Assembly: GCA_013239625.1 (NCBI GenBank)
Contig: MU053933.1
Coordinates: forward strand, 186,001-248,000
DNA from: Lama guanicoe
Taxonomy: Eukaryota
Direction: 5' to 3'
Length of the DNA stretch: 62,000 nucleotides
Part shown: positions 54,821 to 62,000 of the stretch, one piece after another
Layout of the letters: every line of letters starts with the position of its first letter
How positions within the stretch are numbered: position 1 is the stretch's first letter
Notes under the pieces: model-generated
Seen by the model: only the letters and a program-made list of their open reading frames with translations
What the model was told of the DNA's origin: nothing
Databases searched by the model: none
Program-made: the position numbers and the translations under genes

Positions 54821-57286
54821 AATTTAGAGTAACCCGGGGGGAGTCACAGAGCTCACGGGCCACAATGGCTCGATCCAATGTCCACCCATGGCTACAGCTG
54901 TGCACCTAGGCTCAGTTAAAAAAAATTAAATACTTTCCATCAGTAAACAGTGGTAAGTGTGCGAAACACTCTACAGTGAAAACTCTTTTGGCCCAGAAGT
55001 ACTTTTGTTCCCCCCACCAGTTTCTAATATGCAAATTCACAGCCAGTTTTAGGACAACAGGAACCTACTCTGCCTCAGACAGTGACCCTATTAGGACCAA
55101 ATATTTCTACAGAAAACTCAGGAGTAAATTTGATCTTTACTTAAGAGTTCTCACTTACTATAACAAGAAGTATTATTACACATCTGTGTATTTAAATAAA
55201 CAGTGGGAGGTCCCTGGGGCCACACAACCTAAATTAGGTTCTTTAAACATGTTTGATGCATTCTTACTCTAGGCACGAAAACAACTTCTTTTAAAAAAAT
55301 AAAATTGTGATTTAAAAGGCCTTTATTTCATAGGGAGGAGGAATAAAAGATAAATGCTAGCAGGTGTCTAACCATGTTCGGTTGTTTTAGTTGGTCATTC
55401 TCCCTTTATGTTCTGCAGATGCGAAAAGAAACCGTCAGTGATTTTAAAAAAAAATACCTTAGGAACCTTGGCGCTCCTGACGCTTCCACAGACACCTGGA
55501 CCACTTACCTCTGGAGAAGGGAGACAGTATTTTATCACCCCTAGCCCAAGTTCATTTGATGAAACCATTATGGATAAAGCAGTTAATTATATACATAAAT
55601 AACATAAAAATAATTATCATAAATTAAAAGTCAAACAATCCCCCACGATTAATTCAACGGAGAGGTGAGAGTCGGGAGTGACGGGCGAGCTGTGAGTGTG
55701 GAGGGTGAATTCCGAAGCCCCCTTTCTCGTGCTGCGCGGGGGATGGACTTAGTTCACGAGGGCATCGCAGCAAGTCCAGGCCTGGCCCTCGCCTCACAAC
55801 CCTGCTCTCTGGAACAAAGCGAAGTGCGGGGGACGTCCGTCCGTGGCCTCACCAGCAGCACAAGGTTACTCTGCCTTGTTTATCCTCTCCTGACTCACTG
55901 TCAGCACCTCCTCACGATGGTCTCCCAAACACAGGCTCTGGGACAAAGCGGTCAGGACAAAACAAGGCAAGTGTAACACTGCACTCCGGGCAGCGTTAGA
56001 GCATCAGGAGAACGAAAATCGAGCGTCCTTCCTGTCTCCCCAGCCGGGCAGTAGGAGGGCTGGCTACTGGCCGCCACCTCGATGGCCCCGAGCCTCAGCC
56101 ACCGCCTCTGAGATGGCCACACATGTGCGAAAGCCCGTGTCCCCGGGGGAGCAGAGCTGCCACCACTCAGCACAGTCATTCACTCTTTAGGGGGACTGAG
56201 GCTTCTGCTGGTCAGCTAATAACCTCTCCCACTTTCCTACCGCTTGGCAGGAGACAGCACCACCTTTGTATTTCAGAAAAACCAAGCTCGCTCAACATTT
56301 TTATAGAAAACTGGTCTTGAAACACATCAACCTTTGGAATTAAAGTTGAAACAGAAAGAAAAGAGGAATTTCCTCCCTGTTCTTCAGCTCAGGGGATTCT
56401 GGCTGAGCCTCAGCCATAATAAATATATTTGGATGGCAGAGATCCTGAGACGGCCCCCAGGAGCCTCCAGCAGGGACAGCGCGAGGCTCAGGCGATGCTC
56501 GGAGCTGCGTCCTCCTTGCTGGGGCAGCCGTGTAGAACTGGATGTGGACCGCGGTCCTACAGTGCAAACGACTCCTGCACAGCAAGTGTAAACCGGTAGG
56601 GCACAGCAGAGTCTCCAGTAGGCAATATATGCTTGAGATAAAGTTAAAAAAAAGACAGACTGAAATCGATTCCCGAGTTCTGTTACTAAGAAGCCTTGGC
56701 CAGCGACCTCCGGTGACCCACCTCCTCACACGGTTTCGGCCCGAAGTTGTGGAACAAACTGGACTCCACTCAAATTGCGAAGAGAATCAGTATAACTGGA
56801 ACTTCTATCTGCTCACTGGCAAAAAAGTCCCGAAGCCAGGAGAAGACTGTGCTGCCACGTGTGAACCCCGTCTCCGTTTAAACACGGTAACTGAGCTCTA
56901 GAGGGGAAAAATGCAATGCACCCAACCACTGAGCTTCCTAATCACCTATCTCTTGCCTCTTGAGATGCTGCTTCTCTTTCTGTTTCGCTTTCCCAAGCCC
57001 TGTGTCCATCACCGTCGGGGCAGGGAAGCCTGAGGGCGTCGCTTCACCGGGAAGAGCCCGAGCAGCTCCAGGGTACCACTGGCCACCTGGGGTCACTTCT
57101 TGAGTTAGGCCGACAGACTGACGGCTGCTGGGGGATTTGGAGATCGTTCTGCAAAAGCTAAGTCAACCTTCCTTACATTGCAACGCGGTGTTCCTTTGTT
57201 TGGTATCCAGCAAACAAATCTCAAAAAAATACCCCAACAACCCCCCCTCATCTGCAGTTCTGGTCCTGAGGTCCCTGCCAGGCATC

Positions 57287-57766
57287 TCAGTAGCTGTACA
57301 TCTGTGGCTGCTGCTCGGCGGGCACTGGGGGCAGGGCCGGCGGTGGCTGCGGGGCGGGCGGCTGCGGGGCGGGCAGGACGTCAGTCTGGGGCACCGCGCG
57401 CCAGGTGAGCGGGTGCTGCTCCCCGAGCTGGCCCCCCAGGGGCGTGATGGAGTTGACCAGGGTGGTCAGGTTGATGAAGTGCGCCACAGACTGTGGGTTC
57501 GAGGCTTCGGGTGGGGGGTGGATCTGGAGGTCGTTCTGGCGGTTGTGCAACATGGCAGAGCCGCTGACCGTGTCAAAGGTCACGGTCAGAATGGAGTTGT
57601 CCAGCTGCAGCTGGCGCTCCGGGGTGGTGAGGTGCCCGACTGCCACTGGCTGGAGGTTGGTGAACTGAGTGCCGGCCGCAGTGGTGATGGGGGTTACGGT
57701 GATGTTGGTCAGGCCGACGGAGCTGGATGGGGTGGTCACGTTGGGGTCGCCCAGTGTCACCACCAC
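57287..57766 (-). CDS. PRDM15: PRDM15 last coding exon
   Basis: [29 protein letters not shown]...QMYSY*, recognised as the PRDM15 C-terminus; acceptor CTTGCAG; TGA at 57287-57289; syntenic with RIPK4. Confidence 0.95.
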   Translation of the reverse strand: MVVTLGDPNVTTPSSSVGLTNITVTPITTAAGTQFTNLQPVAVGHLTTPERQLQLDNSILTVTFDTVSGSAMLHNRQNDLQIHPPPEASNPQSVAHFINLTTLVNSITPLGGQLGEQHPLTWRAVPQTDVLPAPQPPAPQPPPALPPVPAEQQPQMYSY

Positions 57767-58376
57767 CTGCAAGAGTCACACAGGACACAGGACAGTTAAC
57801 AGTTCCTGCAGAATGGAGACACAAGAAGCTGCCCGCGCTGCACTTTGCAACAGGGTTTGTCTGATGGTGCTGGACTCACTGCACGCCTGGCCCGGAGGGA
57901 GGAGGTTAGGGAGCACCTTCGGGTGGAAGATCAGACCAAGTTAATTTTTCCTGAAAAAAGAATTCCAGTAAACAAGAGAGACAATGCTCAGATGCACTCA
58001 GACCGGTCATCAGCTGGAACAAAGAAACAAAGAATTTCAGCGGCTAGAGAAAAGACAGAGAAAAGTGATGAGAAAACCAGAGCAGAGTCTTCACTTTCCT
58101 TCCACTTCTGGGAAGTGCTGTTGGTCGGTGGAAATCCCAACAGTAAAGCTGAGAAGGGCAGGAAACAAACGTGCGGTGCCCAGAGGTAAGAAATGAAAAA
58201 GGAAGCACTGCTCCTTCCTGGGGGGACGAAGGGACCTGGAAACGCAGAACGACTGCATCCAGGAGGCCCGTGCCAGTCACGAGGCGGCGTCAGACATGCC
58301 AGCGAGGAGCCGGGGCCTCGGGACCGACGCAGGGAGGTTCAGTAAAGCGGCAGCTTCCACTAAAAGCGGCAGACTG

Positions 58377-58502
58377 AAAATAACATATAATGGAAAAGAA
58401 TCTGAAAAGAAAACGTATCTATGACTGTGTATGTGTAACTGAATCACTTTGCTGTGCACCTGAAACTAGCCTTGTCAATCAACTACACTTCAATTAAAAA
58501 AA
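58377..58502 (+). mobile_element. Short L1 3' end with TSD
   Basis: AATGGAAAAGAATCTGAAAA...TGAATCACTTTGCTGTGCACCTGAAACT...poly-A; TSD AAAAGC(G/A)GCAGACTG at 58362-58376 and 58503-58517. Confidence 0.85.
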
Positions 58503-58805
58503 AAAAGCAGCAGACTGGCCGCCCACCACCCTCTCAGCCAGGCCTTGGTGGGCGGGGTCAGGCCCTCCCTCCCCAAACTAGAGACACCCCGATCCCCAGC
58601 CAGGCAGGCGGGTTGTCCTCGACACACTGGAACAGACGTCAGGCTGCTCTTCGGGGTGTAAGCTGGAAAACCCTTACGAGGGAGCTGGGCGTGCGCCGAT
58701 CGCAGCTGGGGGCCGCAGGGCCGCGGGCAGGTCCCCGCACTGCACGGCACAGGCCGGCCTCCCGCGCCCGCCCGGGGCCCCGGACTCAGCACCGGAAGCA
58801 GCGAC

Positions 58806-59027
58806 CTGCTGGATGCTCTGCACAGCGGAGTCCGTCTCGTCACCCACGCCGCCCGAGAACGTGGCCTCCTTCTCCGGATACTCGCTGAAGGTGGCATCCT
58901 CGGGCCCCGTGGCCCCTGCCGCTGCCGCCACCGCCTCCTCTGGCTTCTGTTTCCTCTTGTGAGTCCTCCTGGCGGCTTTCACATGCTTGCCTTCGGCCAG
59001 ATCTTCCTGCTCTAGACTCAGTTCGGG
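58806..59027 (-). CDS. PRDM15: PRDM15 penultimate coding exon
   Basis: [31 protein letters not shown]...[12 protein letters not shown]; acceptor CCTGCAG; donor CAG|GTCGCT (weak); 222 nt, phase 0. Confidence 0.9.
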
Positions 59028-59910
59028 CTGCAGGAAGAGAAGGTTCGACAAAGTGGAGGGGGCAAGGGGTTGTGCCCGTGGGGCCAGCGTGTCCCGGCAC
59101 CCTCCCTGGACACCAGGTGACCACAGCTTGTCTGTTCACCTGCACATCTAAGGATCGGGGCAACTTTCCGTTGGTTTCAGTTGGGTTTTTAAGTGAAGGG
59201 AATTAGACACTAGTCACATCTTTAAAGGCCATGTTTTGTGCTGAACTAGAAACACCTCTGAAAACACATTTTTTAAGCTACTCTCTCAGCCCTGTTGAGC
59301 TCAGCCTGAGGCTGAAAATGCTTTCACATCGAGGCTCTCATCAAGCCTGAAACAAACTCACTGAAGACACTGTCTTGCATCAGAATGAGTTTAAACAAAG
59401 AGCTGGATGGTTGTCATCTTCGGGGACAGCAAACAGGGCCCAGGGTAACGGCCACCCCAGACAGGTGCCCCACGCACTTCTCTGGGAGCTGCTGAGTATG
59501 GCTGGTCTTCTGACCCACAGCATCGCAGGGGCCACTGGGTAGTGGTGGCCGGCAAGGGTCTCCACCCTGGTCACCCACCACCTCTCTGGCTCCATCCCAT
59601 GAGACTTGATCCCACCCAGGGGCAGGCAGACCCCGAAGAAGCCAGCCAGGCCAGGCCACGGAGGGGCTGCCCTCGTCAGGAGTGGGTGTGTGTGGCCCAG
59701 GGCACTGCAGGGGGTGTGGCCCGGCTGCTCAGAGGACCCTGCAGCCGGGCACCGCGCTACAGGCACCGGCTCAAAGCACAGAGTTATAAACACGATTTTA
59801 AAAATACTGAGTGTGATGTGTTCTCATCAAAACAAAACTTTTAAGTGAACATATTGACTAAAAATTCCTTTAAAAAGTAAGTTTACTTAACACCATTAAA
59901 GTTACTTTGC

Positions 59911-60032
59911 AGAGCTCAGAGGTAGCGCATGTGCTTAATATTAGCATGCATGAGATCCTGGGTTCAATCCCCAGTGTCTCTATTTTTTTTTAAGTGGTTA
60001 AATGGTATAAAAAACAAAAACAAACATACAAA
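59911..60032 (+). mobile_element. tRNA-derived SINE in a PRDM15 intron
   Basis: AGCTCAGAGGTAG...GATCCTGGGTTCAATCCCCAG; perfect 13-bp TSD AAAGTTACTTTGC at 59898-59910 and 60033-60045. Confidence 0.9.
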
Positions 60033-60086
60033 AAAGTTACTTTGCTTATAACAATCTAACTGTGCTCAGCATTTCTAGAAACCATC

Positions 60087-60449
60087 TGTGATGGTTAATG
60101 TTAAGCGTCAGCGTGGCTGGGCCTGGGTGCCCGGCTAGGGGGTCAAACACCAGCTGCTGTGAAGATATTTTTCAGACGTGATTAACCTTTAAATCAGTGG
60201 CTGCTGAGTAGAGCAGAGAGTATCCTCTGTAATGTGGGTGGGCCTCACCCAATCAAGTGATGGCCTTAAGAGAAAAAGACTGAGGTTCCCAGGGGAAGAG
60301 GGAATTCTGCTCCCAGACTGGACTTGAGCTACGACATCAACTCTTCCCTGGGTCTCTGGCCTCCAGCCTCCCGGCAGATTCTGGACCCACCAACCACAAT
60401 CACAGGAGCCAGTTCCTTAATATCAGCCTCTCTAATTTCCTCTCTCTCC

Positions 60450-60499
<50 letters not shown>

Positions 60500-60543
60500 T
60501 CACTCTTTATTGACTGTTTTCTCTGGGATCTCTGACTAATAAG
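60087..60543 (+). mobile_element. Solo ERVL-type LTR (MLT2-like)
   Basis: Starts TGTGATGGTTAAT, contains AATGTGGGTGGGCCTCACCCAATC, ends TTCTCTGG...CTGACTAATA; 5-bp TSD CCATC; internal (CA)n. Confidence 0.8.
60452..60495. repeat. (CA)n microsatellite inside the LTR
   Basis: Read directly from the sequence. Confidence 0.95.
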
Positions 60544-60771
60544 CCATCTATTCTCCAAAATGAGACACATCAGTATTCAGTATTCAGAAAAGTGATATTC
60601 TAGAAACTTTTACAGAAACTAAAAGGCACCTAGGACTTTCAGTTTCTGTAATAAAACAATAAATAAATAAATAACGAATAAAGCAAATAAAACAGAGAGG
60701 GGAGCAAATGTGAAAAGGGAGGGCTTTCGCCCACAGGCTGCTCGTGACACCTGCTGGAGCTGCTCGGGTCA

Positions 60772-60906
<135 letters not shown>

Positions 60907-62000
60907 CTATGATCGAGCACAGGGCAGTGAGCCCAGGATGCTAGGGCAGGCCAGATTCAGACCCGTGGCTGATAGGCTGTCACTCTCAGCGGCACCCGTG
61001 TCCCCACCGGCTCTGCTCAGGACCCGAAAACCTAGATTCCAGAGTCCTGTCCGGGCCTCTCCTTCCCTCCTGCCAGGTCCCCCTCCCCAAGTGTCTGCAG
61101 TGCTCCACACCGGGGGTGTCACCTCATACCTGTCCATGTGTCACTCCCTGTCCTCTGCCGGGGGAGGAGTCCAGTCCCTCCCTTTTTTGTCCCACACTAA
61201 CGTGCGTTTCCACTGAATCTTATTATTTCAAACCAAGCGCAGAGGGGATAAGGTCCATTACAGTAAACCTGTCCTCCAAGGAATCATGGAAAACAAGACA
61301 TTTACACCTTAAACACCTCACTTTCTAACCTGACACATGTCCAGGCACTTTCACTAGTCAATTTCGTGATGAAGCGGCCGCCCCCGCCTGCCCCCACATT
61401 GACCGACTGACGGGCCCTGAGCACGCAGCCCCTCACACGGTGACCCACTCCCCGCGTGGCCCCCGGTCCCTCCCCGTCCTCCTGCACCTCATCCACGAAC
61501 CTGCTAGTGGCACCTGTGACGTGATTACTCTAGTGAGCTAAGTCACAGGTGGACAAAGGAGCACAAGTCAGAGAGGACTGAATACCTGGGGGACAGGAAG
61601 ACGGTGAGATGCTAAGGGAGGAACCTGGCTGTGGAAAAACTGGACAAGCTCAGGGAAAACCACGACAGACTCTCTGTAGGGTTCTTCATCCAAATGGGTT
61701 TGCAAGCGTCTTTACATTTTTGGTCAAAAAAAAAATTAAGAACAGGAAATTATCGACTATACATTGTGGGTGTGGCGTATTTAAGAAGGATGATCGATTG
61801 GGAACTGCATCTTCGGACTTAGGTTCAAAGCCCAGGGCTGGCCCTTCTCTGAAAGGACGGCAAACAAAAAGGGCTGTGTCTGTTTAAAGTTCAAATACTG
61901 ACGTGGCACTGAGGACCCAAGCGTGGCTGTGCTGCTGCAAAGCTGAGTAAAAGCAGCCAGATGCCACCGATGTGTCCTCTCCCACTGTCTCTACCACCAC

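Noticed and set aside
57137..57799. 220-aa + strand ORF
   Set aside because: Antisense shadow of the last PRDM15 exon
33578..60032. tRNA-Ala-like sequences as real tRNA genes
   Set aside because: They are multiple diverged copies with shared non-tRNA tails, A-rich ends and TSDs, so they are SINEs
56975..60646. IRF/ISRE-like motifs (56975-56992, 60635-60646)
   Set aside because: Short purine-rich matches in a UTR and an intron, expected by chance in 62 kb; no supporting context

Overview
GC-rich mammalian genomic DNA, most likely from a camelid, because it carries several copies of a tRNA-Ala-derived SINE that matches my recollection of the camelid Vic-1-type family. The window holds the complete RIPK4 gene on the minus strand: 8 coding exons, ATG at 31543, stop at 8306, 2358 nt or 785 aa, encoding an N-terminal Ser/Thr kinase, a Ser-rich linker and C-terminal ankyrin repeats. 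All of its introns are GT-AG with consistent phases, and it has a CpG-island promoter. The right end holds the last three coding exons and the 3' UTR of PRDM15, also on the minus strand, which matches the human chr21 gene order. The rest is intronic or intergenic, with SINEs, L1/L2 remnants, MER20, an MLT2-type LTR and simple repeats. I found no convincing new gene or biological system, and most of the ORF track is chance or antisense shadow. The best leads are regulatory or RNA-processing hypotheses: a near-perfect p53/p63 element about 17 kb upstream of RIPK4, tandem AATAAA signals in intron 6 that could give an ankyrin-less isoform, an orphan CpG island, a retro-insertion hotspot and a weak PRDM15 splice donor. 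Repeat-family names and human comparisons come from memory, not from a search.
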